Source: Candidatus Dormiibacterota bacterium | Lineage (GTDB): Bacteria; Chloroflexota; Dormibacteria; Aeolococcales; Aeolococcaceae | Assembly (NCBI GenBank): GCA_963718525.1 | Contig: OY970355.1 | Coordinates: 2,240,001 to 2,304,000 of the forward strand | DNA: 64,000 nucleotides | Direction of reading: 5' to 3' | Shown: one piece after another, positions 50,852 through 61,401 of the stretch | Numbering within the stretch: the stretch's first letter is position 1 | Layout of the letters: each line of letters starts with the position of its first letter | Notes under the pieces: model-generated | The model's database searches: none | Seen by the model: only the letters and a program-made list of their open reading frames with translations | Told to the model about the DNA's origin: nothing | Made by a program: the position numbers and the translations under genes

Positions 50852-51350
50852 ATGTTTGGCAGAACTCGCATACCTCATGACCCACAGGCCCAACGACGTT
50901 CACGAAAGGAGCATGCCATCAGCGGTCGAACACGCGAACGGCGGAGGGGCTTCACTGCTGCGCGCATCATCGCTCTCGTCGTCATCGCATCTGGGGGGTG
51001 CTCGGTCTCGTGTACGTCCAATTGACGGGCGGCTCCAGCGCGATGTCTGTCCCCGCCGGAGCGCATGCCGGCGAATTGAAGCTCACGGCCTGCACCTATA
51101 CGACCGAGAAGGGGATCTCCGGCGCCGACTGCGGCACGCTGGTCGTGCCCGAGAATCGGACGAACCCGCACTCGCGACTGATCGCGTTGCCCGTCATTGT
51201 CATTCGAGCCACATCCGCCCACCCGTCCGTGCCCATTTTCCGTCTGAACAGCGGTCCCGGCGTCACGAACATGGTGTTCCCGGACGCCAGCCGCTTTACA
51301 GCTAACCATGACGTCGTCCTGGTCGGTTACCGGGGCGTCGACGGCTCGTC
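50852..51350 (+). pseudogene. Truncated alpha/beta-hydrolase (tripeptidyl-aminopeptidase-like N-terminus)
   Basis: ADCGTLVVPENR..IALPV..NSGPG..DVVLVGYRGVDGS, then homology ends; frameshift at a G7 run near 50995. Confidence 0.7.
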
Positions 51351-51399
51351 CGACCGTCGGCGCAAACCTGATCCTCCTCGCGCTCGACATCTCGTGGGA

Positions 51400-51700
51400 T
51401 CGGCAGACACGCCATCGGGTGGATGAAACCAACGCAGCGGAGGCGAAGGCGCTTGTTGGGCGACGGGTAGCTGCCGAACTCGTTCGGTGAAGACGAGATC
51501 GTGGTGGGTCCAAATTGAATCGGCGCGCAATCGCTCATCGACCTGCGCAGTCGGGGTTCACGGAGGGCAGACACAGCCTGCGGGGGCCGAGTGCGACGGC
51601 CCCGGACCCTCCGCACGAGCGCACATGGCCAGCTTCGGAGGACATGAACCGATCGAAGCGCTCGCTGCAGTTGCTCTGTTTCTCTATACTGTGACGAGCC
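51400..51700 (-). pseudogene. Degenerate tyrosine-integrase fragment
   Basis: Joining frames gives PQAVSALREPRL/QVDERLRADSIWTHHDLVFT/NEFGSYPSPN, like the L..HR.RQ..ERL....W...DLVF....G motif of integrases. Confidence 0.5.
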
Positions 51701-51759
51701 CACGTCGGCGAGCGACGCGGTGGAAGCCTGGCAGAGAATTGAGGGGACAAGGGAAAATC

Positions 51760-54700
51760 GTGTCTGGGGGCATCCATCCGAAAAGCCGCACGTCCGGATT
51801 CCGGCGGGTCGCTGTCGTCCTGGCCGGACTCGGCTCGTTTGCGGGCCTGTGGTCCGCTAGCGGAGCCACCGCCGCGCTTGCCGCGTCCAAGGCTGCGACC
51901 GCGACCCACGCGGCCACGACTATCAAGGCCGGCGCGGCCACCACGCAGGACTGGCCGACGTACCTGCACGATGTCGCGCGAACGAGCGACAGCGGCGACG
52001 CGACCATGAGTTCGGCGAACGTTCAGTTCCTGCAGAAGAAGTTCACCGTGGTCACGGGCGGCGTCATCGCCGCCGAACCGGCGATCGTCAATGGCATTGC
52101 CTACGTCGGCTCGTGGGACGGCTACGAGTACGCGATCAATGCGAACACGGGCACGGTCATTTGGAAGACCTTCCTCGGGACGATCACCGATCCCCCCTGC
52201 GCGCCTCCGAATGCGGGCATCACCTCGTCCGCGACCGTTTACAACGGCGTCGTCTACGTCGGTGGCGGGAACGACGCGCACGGCGAGGAGCAGTGGTACG
52301 CATTGTCCTCAGCGACCGGCGCGATGCTCTGGAACGTCCCCACCGGCCTCGGCCCAGTGGCCGGTGCGTACTACAACTGGTCGAGTCCGCTCATCATCAC
52401 CGATCCAGCGGACGGGCTCGCGTACGCGTACATCGGCACGGCCAGCGTTTGCGACGCGCCCCTCGTTCCGGGCCAGCTGCTGAAGGTCTCGCTGACGACG
52501 CACCAGGTGGTCGCCATCACACCGATGGTCCCGACCGGGCAGGTGGGCGGCGGCATCTGGACCTCACCCACGTACGACGCCACGACCAACAGGATCTTCG
52601 TCTCCACAGGGACGCTCAACCTCTACTCACAAACGCTGTCCCAGGCGGTTGTGGCCATCAATGCCACGACGATGGCTGTCGTCGATCACTGGCAGCTGCC
52701 GTTCGAGGCGGCGGTGAGCGACTCGGACTGGGGGACGACGCCGACGCTCACGACGGACGCGAATGGCGACCAGCTCGTGAGTCTGGCGAACAAGAACGGC
52801 ATTCTCTACACGCTCAACCGCAACAACATGGCGGCAGGGCCCGTGTGGCAGAGCCAGATCGCCTACGGGGGTGATTGCCCGACATGCGGTGACGGCTCGA
52901 TCGCCTCGGGCGCTTTTGCCAACGGCGTCCTGTACTACGCCGGCGGAAGCAACAGCGACGCCAACGGCATCGGTCATGGGGGCTCGGTCACCGCCTTCAA
53001 CGCAGGCACCGGCGCGGTGCTCTGGAAGCACGAGACGAACTCTCCTGTTCTCGGCTCCATCATCTACGACAACGGTCTGATCTTCGACGGCCAGGGCTCC
53101 ATCATCGAGGCGCTGAGCGCGGCCACGGGGGCGTCCCTCTGGACGTACAACCTCGGAGCGGGCACGTACGGCGCGCCTGCCGACGCCAACGGCATGCTGT
53201 ACCTGGGCGTGGTCAACGGTGACTTCTTCGGATTCGGCCTGCCCGCGACACTCCCGGGCTCGCCGCCCCCCGATCCCAACTGCCCAACGGGCTTCACGTG
53301 TCAGGACATCGGCAGTCCGCGGATTCCCGGCAGCGAGGTACTCAACGGCGATGGGAGCGTCACGGTCACGGCGTCGGGAAACGGCCGTACCCAGGGCGAT
53401 CAGATGCGCATCATCACCGAGCCCGCGAGTGGTGACTTCCAGATCTCCGTTGAGGACATGTCGGAAACGGTCGGCAATCTCACCGGGTTCAGTCAGCCGC
53501 AGCTGGGGATAGTCATCCGTCAGAGCGCAGCGCTCGGCGCCCCGTTCTACACGGCGCTGCAGGATCCGACGTACCCGGGCGAGGGCGAGACCGTCGCCAA
53601 CGTGATCATGTACTACCGCGACACCTGGGGCGGTCCCGTCGTGGAGCTGACGCAGAATTACCCTCTCGCCTTCCCGCGGTACCTCATGGTTCAGCGCCAC
53701 GGCGACAGCTTCCAGACGCTGTTCAGCTCCAACGGAACGAACTACACACTCATCAGCGCAACGGTGCACACGCTGGTGATGCCCACGACGGTTTTGGCTG
53801 GCGTCGGGGTTGCTTCGGGGACACCCACGGCGACGACCACAGCCGTGTACCAGAAGCTCGTCATCGGGCCCCCAACGCAGACCTACGTCGAGCAAAATGA
53901 GGCTCACGCGTGCCCGCCGGGATGGTCCTGCACGGACGTCGGGGCCGGCTCGCCCATCGGCGACGAGACCTTGGTGAATGGCGTCTGGACCATCTCCGGA
54001 GGTGGCGAGGGAATCAACCTCGCTGCGGACGGCATCGGTAATAACCGGATCGCCGACCAGTTCCACTATGTGTACAAGCCGATGACCGGCGACGCAACCG
54101 TCACCGCACGGCTCACGTCGATCGCAAATGGCAGCGCGACCGCGCAGGCAACGCTGATGATGCGCGCCGACACATCCATCGGCTCGCCCTTCTACGGTGT
54201 GGTGGTGACGCCCAACCTCGCGGCGACCATCGAGTGGCGGACCAACAACCTCATCCAGCAGCGGGTGACGATTCCCGTCGGCACGCTGACGCTACCGGCG
54301 TGGTTCCAGATCAACCGCTACACCGACACAACCCAGTCACCCGCAGTGACGTATTACAGCCTGCTCACCTCGACCAACGGGACGACCTGGGCCGAGGTCA
54401 ACGGTTCCACCGTCGCTCTCAATCTCGGTGCGCACCCACTTGCCGGCATCGGCGGCTCGCAGGCCACCCCGCGTGCGCTCAACAGGTCGACGTGGGACAA
54501 CGTCAGCATCTCCACCGTCAGCACGAAGCCGCCGGGCGTGTGCCCGCAGGGCTACACGTGTCAGGACGTCGGCGACGGCTACCAGTCGGGAAGCCAGGAG
54601 TTCAGCGGTAGCGGCACGTGGACCTTCTCCGCTGGTGGCCCGGACATCTGGGACGTGTACGACTTCTTCCACTTCGTCTCCCAGACGCTCACCGGCGACG

Positions 54701-56901
54701 GCACAGTGAGTGCACAGGTCACGTCTGCGGGTCCGGTGAATTACGACGCCGAGTGGCAGAAATCCGGTGTGATGCTGCGAGGATCCAGCGACCCTCAGTC
54801 ACCCTATTACGGCGTGTTCGTCACGCCGCAGCACGGGTTGGCGGTGCAGTGGCGAACGACCCAGGCAGGCTTGACCAGTCAGGTGCTTGCGCCCGGCCCG
54901 TCACCGGCGTACCCGGTGTACCTGATGATCGGTCGGTGGACGGACCCGCACCCGGGCGGTCAGACGTACTACACGGCCTACTGGTCGACCGACAACCTCA
55001 ACTTCACGGCGATCCCCGGCTCCACAGTGGCGCTGAGCCTGCCTGCAACGGTGCTGGCCGGCATGGCAGCGGATTCGTACAACGAGAAGACAACCTTCCC
55101 GGTTGTCTTCAACGCCTTCGCGATCTTCAGTGATACCGAGCCGGTACCTCCGGGCGCCTGTCCGGCGAGCGTCGCCGGGTGTGCGGACATCGGCGGCGCG
55201 GCGCCGGCCGGCGTGCAGACGCTCGCCAACGGCACGCTCACGATGACCGTCGGCGGCGGTGACATCTGGCTCGGGGCCGATCAGATGCACCTCGTCTGGC
55301 AGAACCTTGCCGGTGACGGCGTGGTCAGCGCGCGAATCGTCTCGCAGCAGAACACCGGTGGCTGGGCCAAGGCAGGGGTGATGATGCGGGCCACCACCGA
55401 CCCAGGCTCGCCCTACTACGCCGTCTTCGTCACACCGAGCAACGGCATCGCCGTCCAGTACCGCTCCACGGCCGGCGCAATCACCGCACAGATCGTGATC
55501 CCGGGCACCACGCCGGCATACCTCGAGGTGGGTCGCTACACCGACAGTGCCGGCACTGCGTGGTACACCGCGTACACCTCTACTGACGGCACCACGTGGA
55601 CAGTGGTTGCGGGGTCCACGGTGGCGCTGGCGATGCCGGGCCCGTTGCTCGCCGGCTGGGGTGGTGACTCGACGAGCCAGACGACGGGCAGCCAGATCGT
55701 CTTCGACACCCTGGCCGTTAGCGCGGGCGCCTCCGCGCCCCCCGGGCTGTGTCCATCCGGCTGGGTCTGCGCGGACCTCGGGGGTGCGACCCCTGCTGGA
55801 GGTCAGAGCCTCTCTGGAGGCGCATGGACCGTCTCCGGCGGCGGCGGCGACATCTGGGGTGCCAGCGACCAATTCCGCTTTATCGATGCACCGGCACGCG
55901 GTGACGGCACCATCAGCGCCGAGGTCATGACCCAGCAGGCGACGAACCCCTGGGCGAAAGCGGGCGTGATGATGCGCAGCACCGTGGATCCCGCTTCCCC
56001 GTACTACGCCGTCCTGGCCACTCCCGCCAATGGAGTCATCGTGCAGTGGCGCACCACGCAGGGCGGTGCGACCAGCCAGCTCGCAGTCCCGGGCACTGTC
56101 CCGGTCTACGTCGAGGTGTCGCGGTGGACCGACACCAGCGGCACGACGCCGGTGACGTACTACTCCGCGCTCACGTCACCGGACGGCGTCACATGGACGA
56201 CCGTTCCGGGCTCCGCCGTGGCCATGACCCTGCAGACGAACTATCTCGATGGCCTCGCGGTGACCTCGCACGACACCAGCCAGCTGAGTAGCGTTGGGCT
56301 CAAAGCGGTGCAGATCGGCACGACGTCGACGGAACCGCCAGGTGTCTGCGGCGCCGCATACACCTGCGCCGACATCGGTTCGGCCACCCCCGCCGGGAAT
56401 CAGACACAGACGCCCACAGGATGGACCATCGAGGGCGGCGGCGGTGACATTGCCGGGACGAGCGACCAGTTCCGGTTCATCGAGCAGCCGCTGCCCGGAG
56501 ATGGCACCGTCAGCGCACGGCTGGTGTCGCTGAGCAATGCCAATGCCTGGACCAAGGCGGGCCTTATGGTGCGCTCCGATGCGACTGCGGGAGCCGCGTA
56601 CTACGCAGTGATGCTGACGCCGGCCAATGGCCTGGTGGTGCAGTACCGCAATGCCGCCGGCGCCGTCACGAACCAGCCGGTCCTGCTCAGTGGGCCGGCG
56701 GCGCCGCTCTACCTCAGCGTGACGCGAACTGGCACGACATTCTCCGCGTCGACGTCGCCCGACGGCGTCACCTGGACACCCGTCGCCGGCTCCTCCGTGC
56801 CGCTGAGCGGTCTCTCGGGAACGCTGCTCGCCGGAATGGCCGTCACGTCGCACGACACCAGCCTGCTTGCCACCGCGATCTTCAACGCAGTCAACATCTG
56901 A
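51760..56901 (+). CDS. Giant secreted protein: PQQ-like beta-propeller plus six Cys-capped lectin-like (DUF1349/ConA-like) modules
   Basis: GTG start, signal peptide, DWPTYLHD, GGGIWTSP, DSDWGTTP; six C....C.D[IVL]G units, mostly followed by GG.DIW...D.F.F......GDG.VSA..WAKAGVM.R. Confidence 0.85.
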   Translation: MSGGIHPKSRTSGFRRVAVVLAGLGSFAGLWSASGATAALAASKAATATHAATTIKAGAATTQDWPTYLHDVARTSDSGDATMSSANVQFLQKKFTVVTGGVIAAEPAIVNGIAYVGSWDGYEYAINANTGTVIWKTFLGTITDPPCAPPNAGITSSATVYNGVVYVGGGNDAHGEEQWYALSSATGAMLWNVPTGLGPVAGAYYNWSSPLIITDPADGLAYAYIGTASVCDAPLVPGQLLKVSLTTHQVVAITPMVPTGQVGGGIWTSPTYDATTNRIFVSTGTLNLYSQTLSQAVVAINATTMAVVDHWQLPFEAAVSDSDWGTTPTLTTDANGDQLVSLANKNGILYTLNRNNMAAGPVWQSQIAYGGDCPTCGDGSIASGAFANGVLYYAGGSNSDANGIGHGGSVTAFNAGTGAVLWKHETNSPVLGSIIYDNGLIFDGQGSIIEALSAATGASLWTYNLGAGTYGAPADANGMLYLGVVNGDFFGFGLPATLPGSPPPDPNCPTGFTCQDIGSPRIPGSEVLNGDGSVTVTASGNGRTQGDQMRIITEPASGDFQISVEDMSETVGNLTGFSQPQLGIVIRQSAALGAPFYTALQDPTYPGEGETVANVIMYYRDTWGGPVVELTQNYPLAFPRYLMVQRHGDSFQTLFSSNGTNYTLISATVHTLVMPTTVLAGVGVASGTPTATTTAVYQKLVIGPPTQTYVEQNEAHACPPGWSCTDVGAGSPIGDETLVNGVWTISGGGEGINLAADGIGNNRIADQFHYVYKPMTGDATVTARLTSIANGSATAQATLMMRADTSIGSPFYGVVVTPNLAATIEWRTNNLIQQRVTIPVGTLTLPAWFQINRYTDTTQSPAVTYYSLLTSTNGTTWAEVNGSTVALNLGAHPLAGIGGSQATPRALNRSTWDNVSISTVSTKPPGVCPQGYTCQDVGDGYQSGSQEFSGSGTWTFSAGGPDIWDVYDFFHFVSQTLTGDGTVSAQVTSAGPVNYDAEWQKSGVMLRGSSDPQSPYYGVFVTPQHGLAVQWRTTQAGLTSQVLAPGPSPAYPVYLMIGRWTDPHPGGQTYYTAYWSTDNLNFTAIPGSTVALSLPATVLAGMAADSYNEKTTFPVVFNAFAIFSDTEPVPPGACPASVAGCADIGGAAPAGVQTLANGTLTMTVGGGDIWLGADQMHLVWQNLAGDGVVSARIVSQQNTGGWAKAGVMMRATTDPGSPYYAVFVTPSNGIAVQYRSTAGAITAQIVIPGTTPAYLEVGRYTDSAGTAWYTAYTSTDGTTWTVVAGSTVALAMPGPLLAGWGGDSTSQTTGSQIVFDTLAVSAGASAPPGLCPSGWVCADLGGATPAGGQSLSGGAWTVSGGGGDIWGASDQFRFIDAPARGDGTISAEVMTQQATNPWAKAGVMMRSTVDPASPYYAVLATPANGVIVQWRTTQGGATSQLAVPGTVPVYVEVSRWTDTSGTTPVTYYSALTSPDGVTWTTVPGSAVAMTLQTNYLDGLAVTSHDTSQLSSVGLKAVQIGTTSTEPPGVCGAAYTCADIGSATPAGNQTQTPTGWTIEGGGGDIAGTSDQFRFIEQPLPGDGTVSARLVSLSNANAWTKAGLMVRSDATAGAAYYAVMLTPANGLVVQYRNAAGAVTNQPVLLSGPAAPLYLSVTRTGTTFSASTSPDGVTWTPVAGSSVPLSGLSGTLLAGMAVTSHDTSLLATAIFNAVNI

Positions 56902-56919
56902 GGACCCTGGCCGAACTCT

Positions 56920-58170
56920 CTACGGACGGCACACTCGCGCTGCGGCGAATGTCGCCGGCGTCGCCGGGCCGATGTCGTAGCTCGTCGGTGCGACCTGGTA
57001 TCCGAGGTTCCAGAAGTTCGCTCCACTCGACCCCTCAGTGAAGATGGTCTGGCACATGTCGCGTAACTCGGTAGCCCGTGCCGTGTCGCCTTCAGACTGC
57101 TGCCACCCGAACTCCTCGTCGATCCATGGTTTGCCGATCGACGCGCAGTACGCGGCAATCGTTCCGGAATACGCAAGCATGCCCCCGTACGTCTTGATAT
57201 CGCAGAGGTCGACCGTCGGCAGCGCGAAGATCGCCTTCCAGTCAATGCCGGACGTGGGTTCGTTGAGATATCCGAGGCCACCCGGATTCACCGCGACGGT
57301 CGCGCCGAGCCGCTTCCACAACCCCGTGGTGCGAGCGTAGAAATCGGTCAGCTCCTGCGTCGTGTAGGAGAGCGTGCAGTCCTGCCCGGTCGCGGGCGCC
57401 ATGAAGGTGTGACTCCCCACCGGGAGCGGTTCGCCGCTGATGCCGAGCGTGGCAATCGTCGGATCGTCCGCGTAGAGCCGGCCCGTGACGGTGTTGCGCC
57501 GCGTGGCGACGAACCTGATGAACGCTGTCCAGTCTGAGGTGTAAGGATTGATGCAACTGTTCCACTGAATATTCCGATAGTCACTGAGGTCCAGGTCGAC
57601 GTGCAGACCAGCCGCTCCTGCGTCAGCGATCATCTGGTCGACCTGCTCCCACGTCGTTTCGGCGTATGGCGTCGAGGACGGGATGCCGTCGTCTGAGAAG
57701 AAGTTGACGATGCGGATGGTGTCCAGCCCGGCCCGTTGCGCGAGCGCCACCGTGCCCATCGGGTTGAGGAACCCGGACTGTTCCGGGCGTAGTCCCGGGT
57801 TGTAGACGCTCGCCCCGTTCATGTACCAGGGCGACCCGTTCTCGCACAGGTGCGTGGCGCACACGGTCACCTCGGCGGGAGCCTGCTCCTTCGCGGGCGT
57901 CGTGGTGGGCGTCCCGGTCGGCGGTGCCGTGACATGCGCGGTGCCGTCCGGGTTTGGCCCAGCTGCGTGATCACGCAGCACGAGCACAGCAGACAGCGCG
58001 GCGACGAGCACCACTGCTGCTGCCCCCGCGAGGCGTCGGCTCCTACCTGGATTGATGGCGCTCCTCCGACGGCTCTCGCTGGCGTTCTCCGCGGCCAGTC
58101 TCGGGTTCCCGAAAGCCTCACCCCGGGTTGTATAGGATGTGCGGGTCTCAGCCGATGACGCCTGGCCCAC
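56920..58170 (-). CDS. GH5-like glycoside hydrolase, membrane anchored
   Basis: GLDTIR, AGLHVDLDL, RRNTVTG..YADDPTI, SGEP, GKPWIDEEFG. Confidence 0.8.
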   Translation of the reverse strand: MGQASSAETRTSYTTRGEAFGNPRLAAENASESRRRSAINPGRSRRLAGAAAVVLVAALSAVLVLRDHAAGPNPDGTAHVTAPPTGTPTTTPAKEQAPAEVTVCATHLCENGSPWYMNGASVYNPGLRPEQSGFLNPMGTVALAQRAGLDTIRIVNFFSDDGIPSSTPYAETTWEQVDQMIADAGAAGLHVDLDLSDYRNIQWNSCINPYTSDWTAFIRFVATRRNTVTGRLYADDPTIATLGISGEPLPVGSHTFMAPATGQDCTLSYTTQELTDFYARTTGLWKRLGATVAVNPGGLGYLNEPTSGIDWKAIFALPTVDLCDIKTYGGMLAYSGTIAAYCASIGKPWIDEEFGWQQSEGDTARATELRDMCQTIFTEGSSGANFWNLGYQVAPTSYDIGPATPATFAAARVCRP

Positions 58171-58395
58171 GGGAGAGTGCCGGATCCGAGCATTCGACGA
58201 CGAAGTTGCAGCGAGCCGTTACGACGGCGTTACAACCGGCGGCCTGAGAGGCGGGCTCCGGCCATCGTCGACCCTATGCTTCGCGAGGCCACGACAAGAG
58301 CAAAACCTCCGTGAGAAGGCGACGCAAAGCCACGGGTCTCAACGTGAGACAGCCGGGTTAGCGAAGGATCGTGGGTCCCGGCAATCGGAGCCCAG

Positions 58396-59637
58396 ATGAT
58401 CAGAGCGCTGTCCGCTACCACCGTTGTCCTGATCGCAACTGCTGCGTGGGGCGCCACCACTGAGTCTTCCCGCCAGCTGACCAGCTCCCCGCAGAGCACG
58501 AGCCCAGGCCCGGCTACGATCTCGCCACCGCGCGTGTCGTCAGGCACGCACCGCGTCAAGCATCCGGTCCCGAAGAGCATCCACACTCCTGAGCCCATGC
58601 CGACGACGGGTCCTACGCCAACTCCTGTCGCGACTTCGACGCCGTCACCTACTCCCATCGCCACACCTCCTCCGAGCCCGAGCTCCTCGCCGCCGACTTC
58701 GTCCTTCGTCACGGTGTGCGGAACGGCGTTGTGCGCGGGTGGCGTGCGGTTCGACGAACGAGGTGCGACGGCCTACGGGCAGTACAGCAACCCGGCGGGC
58801 GTGGTCGCGCTCGCCCGGCGGGCGAATCTCAACACGCTCGAGCTCGTCGAATTCGACACGCGGTACCACACGCTCTCGGACACGGAGTCGAGCGCAACCT
58901 GGGACCGCGTCGACGCCTTCATCGCCGCCGCCCATGCCGGAGGGTTGCACGTCATCCTCAACCTGAGCGAGTACGGCCAGTCACTGCAGGCAGCCGGTCA
59001 TCCGCCGGTCACGACCGACTGGGGTCCGTATCTCAGCTTCATCGCTAACCGTGTCAACACGGTGAGCGGGATCAGGTACGCCGATGATCCGACGATCGCC
59101 ATGGTGGAGTTGTGGGGAGAGATCCCTGCGCCGAACTATCCGAATCCCGTCGGGACCACCCAGCAGATCACCGACTTCTATACCCGGTCGCTCGCCGAAT
59201 GGCACGCGGACGCGCCCAATATCCTCGTCAGCAGCGGCGGCTTCTCGTACATCAACGATCCACACAGCGGGATCGACTGGAAGACGATTATGGCCGATCC
59301 CGGCAACGCCGCCTGCGACGTCGAGGTCAACTCAACCGCCGATCTGAGTGTCAGCGTCCCGAGCGTCTCCTCATACTGCCAATCGCTGGGGAAGCCGTGG
59401 TTCCTCGCAGCGTGGAGCTCGTGCTTCGGGGCGTCTCGGGGCGCATGGGATCTCGATCACTGGTCTTCCGATGCTGCGATGGCCGCGCACGCCAGGGTGA
59501 TGGTCGACGTCGCGGACGGTGTGTCCGAAGCGGCGCCCTTGGGCGACGATTTCTGGAACATCGGCGACACCGCGGCGGTCACGGGAACGTGCGACATCGG
59601 CCCGCAGTTTCCGCTCACCTTCGCCGCGATCGAGTAG
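58396..59637 (+). CDS. GH5-like paralogue lacking the apparent nucleophile Glu
   Basis: NLNTLE, GLHVILNL, RVNTVSG..YADDPTI, WGEI, GKPWFLAAWS; PT-rich linker. Confidence 0.72.
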   Translation: MIRALSATTVVLIATAAWGATTESSRQLTSSPQSTSPGPATISPPRVSSGTHRVKHPVPKSIHTPEPMPTTGPTPTPVATSTPSPTPIATPPPSPSSSPPTSSFVTVCGTALCAGGVRFDERGATAYGQYSNPAGVVALARRANLNTLELVEFDTRYHTLSDTESSATWDRVDAFIAAAHAGGLHVILNLSEYGQSLQAAGHPPVTTDWGPYLSFIANRVNTVSGIRYADDPTIAMVELWGEIPAPNYPNPVGTTQQITDFYTRSLAEWHADAPNILVSSGGFSYINDPHSGIDWKTIMADPGNAACDVEVNSTADLSVSVPSVSSYCQSLGKPWFLAAWSSCFGASRGAWDLDHWSSDAAMAAHARVMVDVADGVSEAAPLGDDFWNIGDTAAVTGTCDIGPQFPLTFAAIE

Positions 59638-59659
59638 CGCCGAGCGGGCGGTCGCGCCG

Positions 59660-61399
59660 TCAGCCCGTCCCGGTCACCCGGTACAACCGCCAGTTGGTCG
59701 CGTCGTCGCTGACGCTGTTGAACTGCTTGACCAGCGTTCCCAGGTCGCCGCCGTTGGCATAGGCGCCTGGGTACGCGCGGTTGATGGCGTCGAGCTTGCC
59801 GAGCGCCTGTTCCGACGGCACCAGGAAGTAGCGCACGCCGTTGCCGGCCGGATCGGCGAGCACCTGCTGGAAGTCGCGGTCCGAAGTGATCACGTACTGC
59901 TGCGTGTTCGACGATGACATCACGATGTCGAATCCGAGGAAGTCGTCGACGAGCACCGTTCCCCGGCCGAGGCGCAGCGAGTCGACGTACTGGCTCACCT
60001 GGTGATCGGTGACGAATCGCAACGACGCCAGGCGTTCGGCCTGGGTGAGCGGTCCGCGCCGGACCAGCGCGTGGAGCTCCGCCGCGTACCCGACATTGAT
60101 CGTCGGATCCATGACAGCACGGTATCCGGCCTGGACCGAGAGCGACATCAGGACAATCCCTGCCACGGCGGCCACGGTTGTGCCACCGGTCCATAGCCAG
60201 GTCAACCACCGATTGCGCGGTTCGGGCTCGGGTCGGTGCGTGGCGAGCTGAGGCGAGCCGGCCGTGCTCCTGCGGGTGAGCGTGATGCCGACCATCAGAA
60301 TCACCAGTGGAATCACGACGATGAAGTATCGGAGCAGCTGGAGCACGCTGCCGCTGACCTGTGCCCAGAACATGAACGCGAGGACCGCGCCGAGCACCGC
60401 CGGTGTCGCTAGGGCAACCCAGTCGCGCCGCCACACAACCACGGCGACGCACGCAACGATGACTATGGGCAGGAACGGTTCGAGGGCGAGCATCCAGTGC
60501 AGCGCCTGACTCGAGGCGGCAACCTCCTGTCCCAGCGTGAGCGACGTCGACAGCCCGCGCGACTGCAACTGCGCGGCGTTGCCGTAGCTGGACGACAACT
60601 GCTGAAACGCCGTGCCGGTGATCAGCCAGCTCGTCAGAGCCCAGAGCACGAACGCAGTCGCAAACGGGGCAACGACGATGAACGAGTTAAGCAGTGCGGC
60701 GCGCACGCGCGGACGCGTCGCGCTCGTGGTGCGCATGAACGTGGCGAAACCGACAATGACCACAACCGCCGCCGCAGCCGCCGTTGCCTCATATCGCGAG
60801 AGATAGAGCATGGCCAGGTAGAACGCCGTGCTGACGAGCGCTGAGATCTCCTGTGTCCGTAACCAGCGCTGCAGATGGCGCGCCACCAGCAGGAGGAAGA
60901 AGATGAACATCGCCTCGCTCATCGAGTTGACGGCATAGAGAACAATCATTGGATGCAACGCGAAGGTCGCAGTCAGCAGCCAGCGCACCCAGCGGCGTAC
61001 CCCAACCTCCTCCAGGAAGCGATAGACCTGATACGCGGCGCCGGCCATGAAGAGCGCGGACACGATGTTGCCGGCGAACGCATCCTGCACCAGGGCAGGC
61101 CATACGGACTTGAGCGCCACCAACGGCACCAGGACGAGCTCCGGAAGCGGACTCCACACGAATCCAACCGCCGCAAGGTGGGGATCGCCGCTGAACAGGA
61201 TGCGATTGGCGATGGCCACGCGCGATACCCCATCCTGACCGAGACCCTGACTATGGACGATCAACGTGACGTAGAAGGCGATAGCCAGGTAGACGGCCAG
61301 GCACGACCAGAACCAGATCAGCGCATCCGACGGCCGGTGCAGCCGGATCAGCCGGCGTGGGATCGCAACGAAACGAGGTCGCAGCGCGATCGCCTGCAT
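59660..61399 (-). CDS. Polytopic membrane glycosyltransferase-like protein (GT-C/PMT-like)
   Basis: QDGVSR, GFVWSPLP, HPM...AVNSMSE, YLSRYE, LRYF. Confidence 0.7.
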   Translation of the reverse strand: MQAIALRPRFVAIPRRLIRLHRPSDALIWFWSCLAVYLAIAFYVTLIVHSQGLGQDGVSRVAIANRILFSGDPHLAAVGFVWSPLPELVLVPLVALKSVWPALVQDAFAGNIVSALFMAGAAYQVYRFLEEVGVRRWVRWLLTATFALHPMIVLYAVNSMSEAMFIFFLLLVARHLQRWLRTQEISALVSTAFYLAMLYLSRYEATAAAAAVVVIVGFATFMRTTSATRPRVRAALLNSFIVVAPFATAFVLWALTSWLITGTAFQQLSSSYGNAAQLQSRGLSTSLTLGQEVAASSQALHWMLALEPFLPIVIVACVAVVVWRRDWVALATPAVLGAVLAFMFWAQVSGSVLQLLRYFIVVIPLVILMVGITLTRRSTAGSPQLATHRPEPEPRNRWLTWLWTGGTTVAAVAGIVLMSLSVQAGYRAVMDPTINVGYAAELHALVRRGPLTQAERLASLRFVTDHQVSQYVDSLRLGRGTVLVDDFLGFDIVMSSSNTQQYVITSDRDFQQVLADPAGNGVRYFLVPSEQALGKLDAINRAYPGAYANGGDLGTLVKQFNSVSDDATNWRLYRVTGTG

Positions 61400-61401
61400 G
61401 G

